Assembly (NCBI RefSeq): GCF_024508875.1
Contig: NZ_JANINU010000355.1
Coordinates: 1,027 to 65,026 of the forward strand
Length of the DNA: 64,000 nt
Source of the DNA: Phenylobacterium sp.
Lineage (GTDB): Bacteria > Pseudomonadota > Alphaproteobacteria > Caulobacterales > Caulobacteraceae
Reading direction: 5' to 3'
The notes below the pieces were generated by a model. The model was given only the letters and a program-made list of their open reading frames with translations, had not been told where the DNA came from and did no database searches. A program made the translations under genes and the position numbers. Numbering within the stretch: the stretch's first letter is position 1; every line of letters starts with the position of its first letter. This document shows, piece after piece, positions 18,741-28,009 of the stretch.

Positions 18741-19357
18741 GTCGTCGCCTCGCCCCACTCGTTCCAGCCGGCGAACCGTGGGGTGCCCGGTACAAACATG
18801 CTGTCCTGCCGCTCGACCCTGAAGCCGGCGGCCTGGATGGCGCTGGTGACGGGGCGCGTGAGATGGCATCCGCCGGCCAGCCGTTTCCAGACCGGCTCGA
18901 TACGCCGTTGCCACTTGGCGACGCCGGGATCGGGCGCGAGCCCGTGCTCGCAATAGAGGAAGCGTCCGCCCGGCTTCAGCACCCGCTTCGCCTCCGCGAG
19001 CGCCGCCGCCGGCGTGTGGACCGAACATAGCGTGAAGGTGCACACCACGCAGTCGAATGCGCCGTCCGCGAAGGGGAGAGCCTCGGCGGTTCCGTCGTCC
19101 ACCCGCACGGTCAGCCTCGGATCGCGAGGGGCGGCCTCGGCGATCGTGCGCAGTTCCGGAGCGGGGTCGACGCCGGTCACGCTCTGCACCTTGTCGGCGT
19201 CGTAGAAGCCGAGGTTCAAGCCCATCCCGATCCCGAGCTCGAGCACATGGCCTTCGGCCTTGGGCACGACCTTGGCGCGCTGCTTCATCATCGGCTTGGC
19301 CGAGCAGGCGCATTTCAGCAGTTTCGGAAGGACGAAGCGGTCGTAGAGCGAGGCCAT
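18737..19357 (-). CDS. Class I SAM-dependent methyltransferase
   Basis: VLELGIGMGLN, GVDP, AEALPF, FDCVVCTFTLCSV, EHG. Confidence 0.92.
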   Translation of the reverse strand: MASLYDRFVLPKLLKCACSAKPMMKQRAKVVPKAEGHVLELGIGMGLNLGFYDADKVQSVTGVDPAPELRTIAEAAPRDPRLTVRVDDGTAEALPFADGAFDCVVCTFTLCSVHTPAAALAEAKRVLKPGGRFLYCEHGLAPDPGVAKWQRRIEPVWKRLAGGCHLTRPVTSAIQAAGFRVERQDSMFVPGTPRFAGWNEWGEATT

Positions 19358-19375
19358 CCGCGAACAATGGCGCCG

Positions 19376-20425
19376 CTAGTTCGGTTCGTACACCTTCGGC
19401 GCAGGGGCGATGGCGACCGGGCCCAGCGTCGTCTGGCCGGCTTCGAAGTTGATCGTAGCGCGCGCGACGTCGCCGTCCTGGCGGGCCTGAGCAACCGCCG
19501 TCGCCGCATCCGCGCGATCCTGCGGGATCGTCCCCGTGGCGCTCAGGGCGCCCAGGGCGCGCGGCGCCTGGCGCAGCGAGACGTCCAGAACGCCGACGGC
19601 CCGCCCGTCGGGCCCGACCCGCAGCGTGCCGGAGTTTACGCCGATCAGCGCGTCGCCGGCCGTCAGCCCGCCCCGCTTCACGCTCATCTGTCCGCCGGCG
19701 GCGGTCCAGTTGCGCACGGCGCCCGGCCAGTCCCGGCCCCGGAAGGCGCTGATCTTCGACATCCGGCCGTCCCACTCGATTGAGATCGGCTTCTCGCCCG
19801 CGATCCTGCCCAGCAGGCCCGACAACTGGGCCTTCCCATTTTTCACCGACAGCCAGACGCCGCCCTCGTCGCCCACCTCGGCTGGGGCCTGCCGCAGGTG
19901 GAATTCCACGCGCTCGGCCGCCTGCAGGCCAAATGGCTGGGCGCCCGCGGCGGGCTGGAAGGTCAGGCCCTCCCCCTCGAACGAGAGGTTGGGCGGCGTG
20001 TTCGTCAGGTGGCTGAGGCTGGCGCGGATCAGCTTTCCGGTCACCCTCACCGGGCCGCCGACCGGACGGACGAACGTCAGTCCCTGCGGCGCGGCGAGGA
20101 GCCAGGTGGTCGGGGCATGCATGAACGCCTGGCCCTCCAACTCCGGCGCCTCCAGGGCCCAGCCGGAGCGGTCGCGGATGCGCGCGTCCGTCAGGGTCAC
20201 GTTCAGACGGAAGGGATAGCCGCCGATCTCGCGACCCTTCCACGCGACCTCGTATCCGGCTGCGCGCAGCGCGGCGGCGCCGGCGTCCAGGCGCGCCTGC
20301 GCCTCGTTTCGCGCCCAGAACCAGGCGGCCGTCCACGCGATTATCGCCACCAGGGCGATCCCGAAGGCGATGTAGATGCGTAGGGGGCTGAGTTTGCGGG
20401 GCGCGGACGGATCGGGCACAGACAT
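19376..20425 (-). CDS. DUF2125 domain protein
   Basis: N-terminal TM with WTAAWFW, IGGYPFRL, C-terminal TLGPVAIAPAP. Confidence 0.8.
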   Translation of the reverse strand: MSVPDPSAPRKLSPLRIYIAFGIALVAIIAWTAAWFWARNEAQARLDAGAAALRAAGYEVAWKGREIGGYPFRLNVTLTDARIRDRSGWALEAPELEGQAFMHAPTTWLLAAPQGLTFVRPVGGPVRVTGKLIRASLSHLTNTPPNLSFEGEGLTFQPAAGAQPFGLQAAERVEFHLRQAPAEVGDEGGVWLSVKNGKAQLSGLLGRIAGEKPISIEWDGRMSKISAFRGRDWPGAVRNWTAAGGQMSVKRGGLTAGDALIGVNSGTLRVGPDGRAVGVLDVSLRQAPRALGALSATGTIPQDRADAATAVAQARQDGDVARATINFEAGQTTLGPVAIAPAPKVYEPN

Positions 20426-20460
20426 TCCGGGGGCTGGCAGGTGCGGGTTCGGGGGGGCGT

Positions 20461-20997
20461 ATGGCGTCGGAACGGTGGATCTTCGGCTATGGTTCGCTGA
20501 TGTGGCGGCCGGGATTCCCGTTCGTGGAGCGGCGAGGCGCCACCTTACACGGACGCCGCCGGGCCTTCTGCATCTATTCGGTCCACCATCGCGGGACCTA
20601 CGAGCGGCCGGGCCTGGTGCTGGGCCTGGCGCCGGGCGGGGCGTGCCGGGGCGCGGCGTACCGGGTCGACGAGACGGACTGGGCGGACGTCTATGCCTAC
20701 CTGCTGGAGCGCGAGCAGCCGACCGAGACCTATATTGAGGCGCGCCGGCACGTGCGGCTCGACGATGGACGCCGGGCCGAGTCGCTGGTGTTCCTGTCGG
20801 ACGTGCGTCACGCACAGTGGGCGGGCGCGCTCAGCCTGGAGCGCCAGGCCGAGCTGATCGCGGGGGCGAGCGGCCTTTCCGGAAAGAACGTCGACTACCT
20901 GCGCGACCTCGTGGAGCACCTGCGGGAAATGCGGGTGCGAGACGTCGGCATGGAGCGGCTGCTGGCGATGGTGGAGGCGGCGGAAGTCGCCTTTTAA
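20461..20997 (+). CDS. chaC: ChaC-family gamma-glutamylcyclotransferase
   Basis: WIFGYGSLMW, HRGTYERPGLVLGL, YLLEREQ. Confidence 0.92.
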   Translation: MASERWIFGYGSLMWRPGFPFVERRGATLHGRRRAFCIYSVHHRGTYERPGLVLGLAPGGACRGAAYRVDETDWADVYAYLLEREQPTETYIEARRHVRLDDGRRAESLVFLSDVRHAQWAGALSLERQAELIAGASGLSGKNVDYLRDLVEHLREMRVRDVGMERLLAMVEAAEVAF

Positions 20998-21698
20998 TTG
21001 CCCAGCAGGGCTTGGGACTTCGTCTCGATCCGCTCTTCCAGGATGCGCATGAATTCGGCGCGCTTGAGGCCCGGCGGGATGGGCTCCAGATATTCGTAGA
21101 CGATCAGGCCAGGCTTGAGCTTGAGCCCCTTGGCCGACCAGTGCTCGCCGGCGTTTGTGGCGACCGGGTAAACGGGCACGTCCAGCTCCCGGTACAGCGC
21201 GGCGATGCCGGGTTTGTAGTCGGGCGGCGCGCCGATCAACTGGCGTGTGCCCTCCGGGAAGATCACGAGCTGAGCGCCCCACGCGAAGCGTTCCTTGCCC
21301 TCGCGGATGAGCTGCCGCATCGCCTTGGCGGCGGCGCCGCGGTCGATGACGATGGCCCCCGCCTTCTTCCCGTACCACCCGAACCAAGGGATCCAGGCCA
21401 GCTCCTTCTTCATCACGAAGGCGTTGGCGGGTAGCCAACTGAACTGCGCGAAGACGTCCAGCATGCACTGATGCTTGGGCGCCACAAGCGCGGCCCCCGT
21501 CGGAATATGTTCGCGGCCACGCAGCTCAACCCGCACGCCCACCAGCGCCAGGAGGCCCACCACGCCCTTGCCCCAGACGTTGAACATCGCGTGCGACCAG
21601 CGGCGCGGGCCGAACAGGATCGGCGTGCAGACGACGGCGACCGTCGCCGTCCAAAGGCTGAACAGGATCACGTAGACGAAGGATCGTAGGGCGTTCAC
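20994..21698 (-). CDS. plsC: 1-acyl-sn-glycerol-3-phosphate acyltransferase
   Basis: KHQCMLD (HxxxxD), IDRG, IFPEGTR; GTG start with GTGA overlap. Confidence 0.9.
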   Translation of the reverse strand: MNALRSFVYVILFSLWTATVAVVCTPILFGPRRWSHAMFNVWGKGVVGLLALVGVRVELRGREHIPTGAALVAPKHQCMLDVFAQFSWLPANAFVMKKELAWIPWFGWYGKKAGAIVIDRGAAAKAMRQLIREGKERFAWGAQLVIFPEGTRQLIGAPPDYKPGIAALYRELDVPVYPVATNAGEHWSAKGLKLKPGLIVYEYLEPIPPGLKRAEFMRILEERIETKSQALLGN

Positions 21699-22324
21699 GA
21701 GCCGGCCTTCTGCTGCGCCGCGGGAGCGTCGCGGGGGCCGAGCCCCAGCACCGCCTCGCGGCCGAGGATCGCCAGATACTTGCAATACTCCACCACCATC
21801 AACCGGGCGGCTCGCGGATTGCGCCACCAGCGGCGGTCCTTGAGCGCGGCCGTGGGGACGGCGTAGGTCTGGGCCGTGATGCCGGTGTCGCGCAGCACGG
21901 CGTTCAGCTCCAGCATGGCGCGCGGCATGTGATAGTCGGCTGTGATGATGATCAGTCGGCGGTATCGCATGGCCTGGGCCCAGGCGAGGGTCTCGCGGGC
22001 ATTGCCCACGGTGTCGGCGGCGGTGAAGCCGAGGTCGACACAGCAGTCGTAGAGCCGCCGGACGGCGCGCGAGACGTTGCGGATGTCCTCGCGGCTCGCC
22101 TTGCGGTTGACGCCAGAGACGAGCACGCGCCGACCGTAGCCGTCTTCCAGCAATCCCATGGCCGCCGCCAGCCGCTCGTTCGAGCCGGCTCCGGTCAAGG
22201 CGACGATCCCCTGGGCCGGGGTGGGCGCGCGGGCGGGTGTCTGGTGCTGGACGCGGCTCGCGTAGGCCAGGAGGCCCGAGAACCAGATCAGCGCCACGAC
22301 CAGGAAGGCGGCGATCGACTTCAT
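21695..22324 (-). CDS. YdcF/DUF218 family envelope protein
   Basis: IVALTGAG, VLVSGV, DTVGNARET, IITADYHMPRA; position in the ftsE-ftsX-ydcF-plsC cluster. Confidence 0.88.
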   Translation of the reverse strand: MKSIAAFLVVALIWFSGLLAYASRVQHQTPARAPTPAQGIVALTGAGSNERLAAAMGLLEDGYGRRVLVSGVNRKASREDIRNVSRAVRRLYDCCVDLGFTAADTVGNARETLAWAQAMRYRRLIIITADYHMPRAMLELNAVLRDTGITAQTYAVPTAALKDRRWWRNPRAARLMVVEYCKYLAILGREAVLGLGPRDAPAAQQKAGS

Positions 22325-23214
22325 CAGAGTTTCTGTATCAGGCCCCGAGCCGTCACGCGCGCGGCGAGCGCCGCCACCAGCGCGGCCAGCAGCGGGCACG
22401 GCAGGACGGCCAGCAGGTCGATCCACGCGATGGGCAGCGCGGGCGTGATCCCCTGGCCTCCGCCAATCACCCGCAGGACGCCTCCCAGCGCGGCCGCCCC
22501 CGCCGCCCCGGCGGCGCCGGCCACCGCGGCGATGCGGGCGAACCGCAGTTCGAAGAGATTCGAGATCTGGCTGTCCTCGGCGCCGGTCAGGTGCAGCACC
22601 TCGACCACGTCGCGACGCGCCGCCAGGCCGGCCCGCGTCGCGTAGGCCACCACGGCCCCCGCCGCCCCGGCGATCAGCAGCAGCAGCGTCGCCGCGGTCC
22701 AGCTCACCACGCCGGCCGCATGGCGGATGTCCTCGATCCAGACGCTGTGGTCGTCGACGACGGCGTCGAGGCCCTGGCCTTTCAGCGCCGCGCTCAGCGT
22801 CGCAGCGGTCGCCGGCCGCTTGGCGTCCAGGCCCACGGCCACGAGCCGCGGCACGGGCAGGTCGTCGAGATCGGCCACATCGCCCAGCCAAGGCTTGATC
22901 AGCGCGTAGGCCTTTTCCTTCTCCAGGGCGCGCGCCTCGGTGACGCCGGGCACGCCGGCGAGGGCCTCGGCGGCGCGGGCGGCGGCGGCGTCCGGGGTCT
23001 CGCCCCCGCGGGCGCGCACGATGACCGTGGCCTCGCCCGTGAGCTGGCTGGCCCAGCCATGGGCCGCGCGCGTGCCGGCGATCACGCCGAGACCCGTCAG
23101 GCAGGCCAGGAAGCAGAGAACGGCCACCACGAACAGAAGGGCAGGGTCACGAGCGTCTTCCTCGGGCAGGAAGGAGGCCGGTCGCCAGCGCGAGGGATCG
23201 AACGGCTCGCTCAT
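22324..23214 (-). CDS. ftsX: Cell division permease FtsX
   Basis: Four TM segments, PVPRLV, VVDDH, VEVLHLTGA; directly downstream of ftsE. Confidence 0.92.
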   Translation of the reverse strand: MSEPFDPSRWRPASFLPEEDARDPALLFVVAVLCFLACLTGLGVIAGTRAAHGWASQLTGEATVIVRARGGETPDAAAARAAEALAGVPGVTEARALEKEKAYALIKPWLGDVADLDDLPVPRLVAVGLDAKRPATAATLSAALKGQGLDAVVDDHSVWIEDIRHAAGVVSWTAATLLLLIAGAAGAVVAYATRAGLAARRDVVEVLHLTGAEDSQISNLFELRFARIAAVAGAAGAAGAAALGGVLRVIGGGQGITPALPIAWIDLLAVLPCPLLAALVAALAARVTARGLIQKL

Positions 23215-23933
23215 TCGCCCGGCTCCGCCAGCGGGCCCTGGGGCGGCAGCGGGCGCAGGCGGCCCTTCTCGAGGTGCAGCACCGGGCGGGCCGAGCGCGC
23301 GACCAGGTCCTGGTCGTGGGTGGCGATGATCACTGTGGTCCCAAGCCGGTTCAGCTCGACGAACAGGCGGTAGATGCGCAGGGCCATCTCGTGGTCGACG
23401 TTGCCGGTAGGCTCGTCCGCCAGCAGAATCTCGGGGCGGTTGACCACGGCGCGCGCGATGGCCAGCCGCTGCTTCTCGCCACCGGCAAGGGTGGGTGGCA
23501 GCGCGTTCATCCGCTGGCCCAGGCCGACCCAGGTGAGCAGTTCGGCCACGTCGCCGCGGTATTCGGCCGGCTTGTGGCCGGCGATGCGCAGGGGCAGGGC
23601 GGTATTGTCGAAGGCCGACAGGTGATCCAGCAGCAGCAGGTCCTGAAACACCACGCCGATCCGCCGGCGGATGCGCGGGAGCTCGCGGGTCGGGGTGGCG
23701 GCGATGTCCTCGCCGAACAGGCGCACCGAGCCCGACGACGGCCGGGCCGCGAGGTAGATCAGCTTCAGCAGCGAGCTTTTTCCCGCGCCGGACGGCCCTG
23801 TGACGAAATGAAACGATCCGCGCGGCAGGCTCAGCGAAACGTCGCTCAGCACCTCGGGTCCACGGCCGTAGCGCATGGACACGCCGGCGAAACGGAGGAT
23901 CTCGTCGGCCGATGTATCAACCGGCGGCGTCAT
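23211..23933 (-). CDS. ftsE: Cell division ATP-binding protein FtsE
   Basis: GPSGAGKSS Walker A, GVVFQD, LAGGEKQR, LLADEPTGNVD, ATHD. Confidence 0.95.
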   Translation of the reverse strand: MTPPVDTSADEILRFAGVSMRYGRGPEVLSDVSLSLPRGSFHFVTGPSGAGKSSLLKLIYLAARPSSGSVRLFGEDIAATPTRELPRIRRRIGVVFQDLLLLDHLSAFDNTALPLRIAGHKPAEYRGDVAELLTWVGLGQRMNALPPTLAGGEKQRLAIARAVVNRPEILLADEPTGNVDHEMALRIYRLFVELNRLGTTVIIATHDQDLVARSARPVLHLEKGRLRPLPPQGPLAEPGE

Positions 23934-24005
23934 GGGCGTTTCTGGACATGGAGGCCGAAATCGGCGACCTCGGAGTGAGGGTGCTGGAGCGTCCGATTCG
24001 ACCGC

Positions 24006-24833
24006 ATGATACTGACCTGTCCAGAGTGCGCCACCAGCTATTTCGTCGACGACCTGCGCATCCCGCGGGGCGGCCGAATGGTCAAGTGCACGACCTGCGG
24101 GAACCGCTGGCGCGCCTTCCAGGACCGGTCGCTCGCCGAGCGTGAGCCGCCCGAGGAGGAGATGCTGGTCGAGGGGCCGCGCGAGCCCCAGCCTCCGACC
24201 GAGGAGGATATCGACTTTGTGGCCGCGCCGGCCACGCCGAGCCGCAAGCCCGCGCCCGAGAAGAAGGCCTCGCCGGCGCTGGTCGCGGGACTGACGGCGC
24301 TGGCGGTGGTGACGGCGGCCCTGGGCGCGGCGGTGATCTTCCGCCAGCAGGTCGTGGGGATCGCGCCCGCGACGGCGCCGATCTTCGCGGCGATCGGCCT
24401 GCCGGTGAACACCCTGGGCCTGGTGATCGAAGCCAAGTCGCAGCCGGCCTTCCAGGCCGGGCGGCCGGTGCTGTCGGTGACCGGCAGTATTCGCAACGTC
24501 AACAAGTCGCCGACCGAGGCGCCGCCGATGCGCATCAGCCTGCTGGATCGCAACGGCAAGGCGGTCGGCGGCATGGTGGCCCAGCCGCTCAACGCCAAGA
24601 TCCCGCCCGGCGCCACCCGCTACTTCGCGGTCACCCTGCCGGATCCGCCCGCCGGTGTACGCGAACTGGACATCGCCTTCGAGCCCGCCTCCAAGGGGAA
24701 GGCCGCGCCCGAGACGCATGGCGAGCCCGCGGCGCACGCCGAGGGAGCCGCGCCGCCCGCGCCCGCGCCGGTGGAGGCCCAGCCGCTTCCCGCAGATTCC
24801 CCGGACGCCCTGAAGAAACATGAGCAGCACTGA
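24006..24833 (+). CDS. zitP: Zinc-finger/DUF3426 polarity factor ZitP
   Basis: MILTCPECATSYFV..VKCTTCGNRW zinc ribbon, single TM, DUF3426-like C-terminus; divergent from ftsE as in Caulobacter. Confidence 0.8.
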   Translation: MILTCPECATSYFVDDLRIPRGGRMVKCTTCGNRWRAFQDRSLAEREPPEEEMLVEGPREPQPPTEEDIDFVAAPATPSRKPAPEKKASPALVAGLTALAVVTAALGAAVIFRQQVVGIAPATAPIFAAIGLPVNTLGLVIEAKSQPAFQAGRPVLSVTGSIRNVNKSPTEAPPMRISLLDRNGKAVGGMVAQPLNAKIPPGATRYFAVTLPDPPAGVRELDIAFEPASKGKAAPETHGEPAAHAEGAAPPAPAPVEAQPLPADSPDALKKHEQH

Positions 24834-25350
24834 GACGCCGACCGTCCTGATCTCCGAAGCCGAGATCGCAAGCCGCGTCGAGGCGCTCGCCGCCCGGATC
24901 GCCCCCCGCATCGACGACGACACCGTGGTGGTGTGCCTGCTCACCGGCGGCATCTGGTTCGCGGCCGACATCACGCGGGCGTTGGCGCGCCAGGGGCGCA
25001 TGGTGCGTTTCGACGCGCTGTGGCTGGCGTCCTACAAGGACGAGCGGCAATCCAGCGGGCGCTGCGAGGTGCGGGCCGATCTGCAGCGGCCCATCTCGGG
25101 CCGCAAGGCTCTGGTGGTCGACGACGTGTTCGACACGGGCCTGTCGCTCTCGGAGGCCGCGCGCCTGGTCCGCGATTCCGGCGCCACGGAAGTGCTGACC
25201 GCGGTCTTCGCCCGCAAGCCCTGGCCGACCCAGCGTGTCATCGAGCCCGACTTCGTGGCCTGGGAGGCGCCAGGGCGCTTCTTGGTGGGCTACGGGCTCG
25301 ACGTGGCCGGCACAATGCGCGGCCTGCCGTACATCGGAGCCATGGACTAG
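24820..25350 (+). CDS. hpt: Hypoxanthine phosphoribosyltransferase
   Basis: LVVDDVFDTGLSL PRPP loop, FLVGYGLD. Confidence 0.88.
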   Translation: MSSTETPTVLISEAEIASRVEALAARIAPRIDDDTVVVCLLTGGIWFAADITRALARQGRMVRFDALWLASYKDERQSSGRCEVRADLQRPISGRKALVVDDVFDTGLSLSEAARLVRDSGATEVLTAVFARKPWPTQRVIEPDFVAWEAPGRFLVGYGLDVAGTMRGLPYIGAMD

Positions 25351-25362
25351 ACACGTGCCGAG

Positions 25363-25382
25363 TCGTCTCTCATAAGAGACGA
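25363..25382. promoter_or_regulatory. Perfect 8-bp inverted repeat directly before the XRE regulator start
   Basis: TCGTCTCT CATA AGAGACGA; operator or RNA hairpin, role not determinable. Confidence 0.4.
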
Positions 25383-25949
25383 GTGGATACTTTAGTGGAT
25401 GATTCTTCCGTGCGGATCGCGCGCCGCATCCAGCTTGAACGCGAGGCGCGGAGCTGGTCGCTCGCTGATCTGGCCGAGCGGTCCGGCGTTTCGAAAGCCG
25501 CGATCAGCAAGATCGAACGCGCGGAGGTCAGCCCCACGGCGGTGATCCTGGTCCGGCTCGCTACGGCGTTCGACCTGACGCTGGCCGGCCTGCTGCTTCG
25601 CGCCGAGGGCGACTTGGGCCGCCTGACCCGGGCTGCGGAACAGTCGGTCTGGCGCGACCCCGACACGGGCTACACGCGCCGTCAAATCTACAACCGATCG
25701 GACCATCCGTTGGAGATGGTGACCGTCGATCTGCCTCCGGGCCGGCAAGTGGAATTCCCGGCCTCGGCCTACGCGCACATCCGGCAGGCGATCTGGGTGA
25801 CGGCGGGGGAACTGGTCGTGCACGAGGGCCCGGAGCGCCACGTGCTGCAGGCCGGCGACTGCCTGGGCTTCGGTCCGCCCGCGCCGGTGGTCATCGCTAA
25901 CCAGAGCACCCTGCCGTGCTCCTACGTCGTCGCCCTGGTGAGGACCTGA
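25383..25949 (+). CDS. XRE-family HTH regulator with cupin sensor domain
   Basis: WSLADLAERSGVSKAAISKIERAEVSPT HTH; C-terminal cupin (LQAGDCLGFG). Confidence 0.9.
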   Translation: MDTLVDDSSVRIARRIQLEREARSWSLADLAERSGVSKAAISKIERAEVSPTAVILVRLATAFDLTLAGLLLRAEGDLGRLTRAAEQSVWRDPDTGYTRRQIYNRSDHPLEMVTVDLPPGRQVEFPASAYAHIRQAIWVTAGELVVHEGPERHVLQAGDCLGFGPPAPVVIANQSTLPCSYVVALVRT

Positions 25950-25951
25950 CC

Positions 25952-26428
25952 ATGGATGTCGCTATCGCTCCCCTCGTCGTGCGCGAGGACGATCTCTCGG
26001 GCGCACAGACCCAGGACCTTCTGCGCCTGCACCTGGCGGGCATGCGTGACAGCTCGCCGCCGGGGCACTCGTTCGCCCTGGACCTGTCGGGCCTGAAGGT
26101 TCCTGAGGTCACCGTCTGGAGCGCCTGGCGGGGCGAGGCGATCGCCGGCATCGGAGCGCTGAAGGCGTTGGGCGGCGGCGCGGCCGAGATCAAGTCGATG
26201 CGCACCCATCCTGACCACCTGAGACAGGGGGTCGGCGCGGCGATCCTGGAACGGATCATCGAGACGGCGAAGGCCCGCGGCCTGAAGCGCCTGAGCCTCG
26301 AGACCGGCCGCGGCGAGGCGTTCGAGGCGGCGCTAGCCATGTACCGCGCGCGAGGCTTCGCGTCGGGCGGCGCGTTTTCGGACTACGTCGCCAGTCCGTT
26401 CAACCAGTTCATGCACCTGGACCTTTAG
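25952..26428 (+). CDS. GNAT family N-acetyltransferase
   Basis: EIKSMRTHPDHLRQGVGAAIL acetyl-CoA motif, LSLETG. Confidence 0.9.
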   Translation: MDVAIAPLVVREDDLSGAQTQDLLRLHLAGMRDSSPPGHSFALDLSGLKVPEVTVWSAWRGEAIAGIGALKALGGGAAEIKSMRTHPDHLRQGVGAAILERIIETAKARGLKRLSLETGRGEAFEAALAMYRARGFASGGAFSDYVASPFNQFMHLDL

Positions 26429-26435
26429 GGCGAGC

Positions 26436-27704
26436 CTAGAGCCAGGGCGCCGAGCGCTCCCGCTCCAGCATATCCTCGTAGGTCGGGCGGGGGCGGACGA
26501 CCGCGTACGCGTCGCCCTTGACCAGCACCTCAGGGACCAGCAGACGCGAGTTGTATTCGCTGGCCATGGCCGCGCCGTAGGCCCCAGCGCTCATGAAGGC
26601 CACCAGGTCGCCGGCCTGGAGCGGCGGCAGGATCCGGTCGCGGGTGAAGGTGTCGCCGGTCTCGCAGACTGGACCGACGACATCGTAGACGACCGGCTCG
26701 CCCTCGCGCGGTCGCACCGGCCGGATGTCGTGATAGGCGTCGTACATGGCTGGCCGCAGCAGGTCGTTCATGGCGGCGTCGAGGACCAGGAACTTGCGCC
26801 CCTCGGGCCGTTCGTGGACGTGGTTCACCCGGGCGACCAGGACGCCGGCGTTGGCGGCGATCATGCGGCCGGGCTCGAAGGCGAGCTGGACACCCAGGCC
26901 TTTCGTCACCCGTCCGATCATGGCGGCGTATTCCGACGGCGCCGGCGGCTCTGGCTGGTTGAAATAGGGCACGCCCAGGCCGCCGCCCAGGTCCAGCCGT
27001 TCGACCGAGAGGCCCTCGGCTTTCAACCGCTCGACCAGGCCGCGCATCTTGACGAAGGCGGCCTCCATGGGGGCCAGGTCGGTGATCTGGCTGCCGATGT
27101 GGCAGGCCACGCCCGCCGGTCGGACGCCGGCCATGTTCGAGGCGTTGGCATAGAGGCGCTCGGCCTCGGAGAAGCTGACGCCGAACTTGTTGTCAGCCTT
27201 GCCTGTAGCGATCTTCGCGTGTCCGCCTGCCGCCACGTCGGGGTTGACCCGGATCGCGACGGTCGCGCGCTTACCCATCTGCTGGGCCACGCGGTTGACC
27301 AGGTGCAGCTCGGGTTCGGACTCGACGTTGATCTCGGCGACGCCGGCTTCGACGGCGAAGGCGATCTCGCCCTCGGTTTTGCCCACGCCGGAGAAGACGA
27401 TCCGCTCGGGCGGCACGCCGGCGGCCAGCGCGCGGCGGACCTCGCCCTCGGAGACCACGTCCGCGCCGGCGCCAAGGTTGGCAAGGGTGCGCAGGACCGC
27501 GACGTTCGAGTTCGCCTTCACGGCGAAGGCGATCAGCGGATCCTCGATCCCCGCCGCCGCCATGGCGTCGCGCAGGACCGTGAAGTGCCGCTCCAGCGTG
27601 GCCGACGAATAGACGTAAACCGGCGTTCCCACCGCCTCGGCGATGCGGGAGAGGGGAACGTCTTCACAGGCGAGCTCGCCGTCCCGCAGCTCGAAATGGT
27701 TCAT
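26436..27704 (-). CDS. lysA: Diaminopimelate decarboxylase
   Basis: FAVKAN (PLP Lys), HIGSQ, EPGR, GPVCETGD, AGAYG..MASEYN. Confidence 0.96.
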   Translation of the reverse strand: MNHFELRDGELACEDVPLSRIAEAVGTPVYVYSSATLERHFTVLRDAMAAAGIEDPLIAFAVKANSNVAVLRTLANLGAGADVVSEGEVRRALAAGVPPERIVFSGVGKTEGEIAFAVEAGVAEINVESEPELHLVNRVAQQMGKRATVAIRVNPDVAAGGHAKIATGKADNKFGVSFSEAERLYANASNMAGVRPAGVACHIGSQITDLAPMEAAFVKMRGLVERLKAEGLSVERLDLGGGLGVPYFNQPEPPAPSEYAAMIGRVTKGLGVQLAFEPGRMIAANAGVLVARVNHVHERPEGRKFLVLDAAMNDLLRPAMYDAYHDIRPVRPREGEPVVYDVVGPVCETGDTFTRDRILPPLQAGDLVAFMSAGAYGAAMASEYNSRLLVPEVLVKGDAYAVVRPRPTYEDMLERERSAPWL

Positions 27705-28009
27705 CGCGGATTGGCGTAGGGGTCGGGCAAAGCGCTTTGCGGCGCGACCTTGCCGGGGCCCGTATTGGTCCCGGGGATCGGCAGGGTGCGCGGCGGCGCC
27801 GGGTCGGTCGAACGGTCCCGCGGATCGACGGTGTCGACAGGGCGAGTCGGGTCCTGCTGGCGCTGCGCATCGTCCGCGTCGCGCGTGCGGTTCCGCTCCG
27901 CGCCGAACAGTGGCCCGGGACGTTCGAGCTGGCCGACCTTGCCGCAACCGGCGAGGGCCGAGGCCGTCAGAAGCAGGGCCCCGGTCAGGGCAAGGGTGCG
28001 ACGGCTCAT
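27701..28009 (-). CDS. Small lipoprotein (LptM/YifL-like)
   Basis: Lipobox [14 protein letters not shown]; ATGA overlaps with both argH and lysA. Confidence 0.75.
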   Translation of the reverse strand: MSRRTLALTGALLLTASALAGCGKVGQLERPGPLFGAERNRTRDADDAQRQQDPTRPVDTVDPRDRSTDPAPPRTLPIPGTNTGPGKVAPQSALPDPYANPR

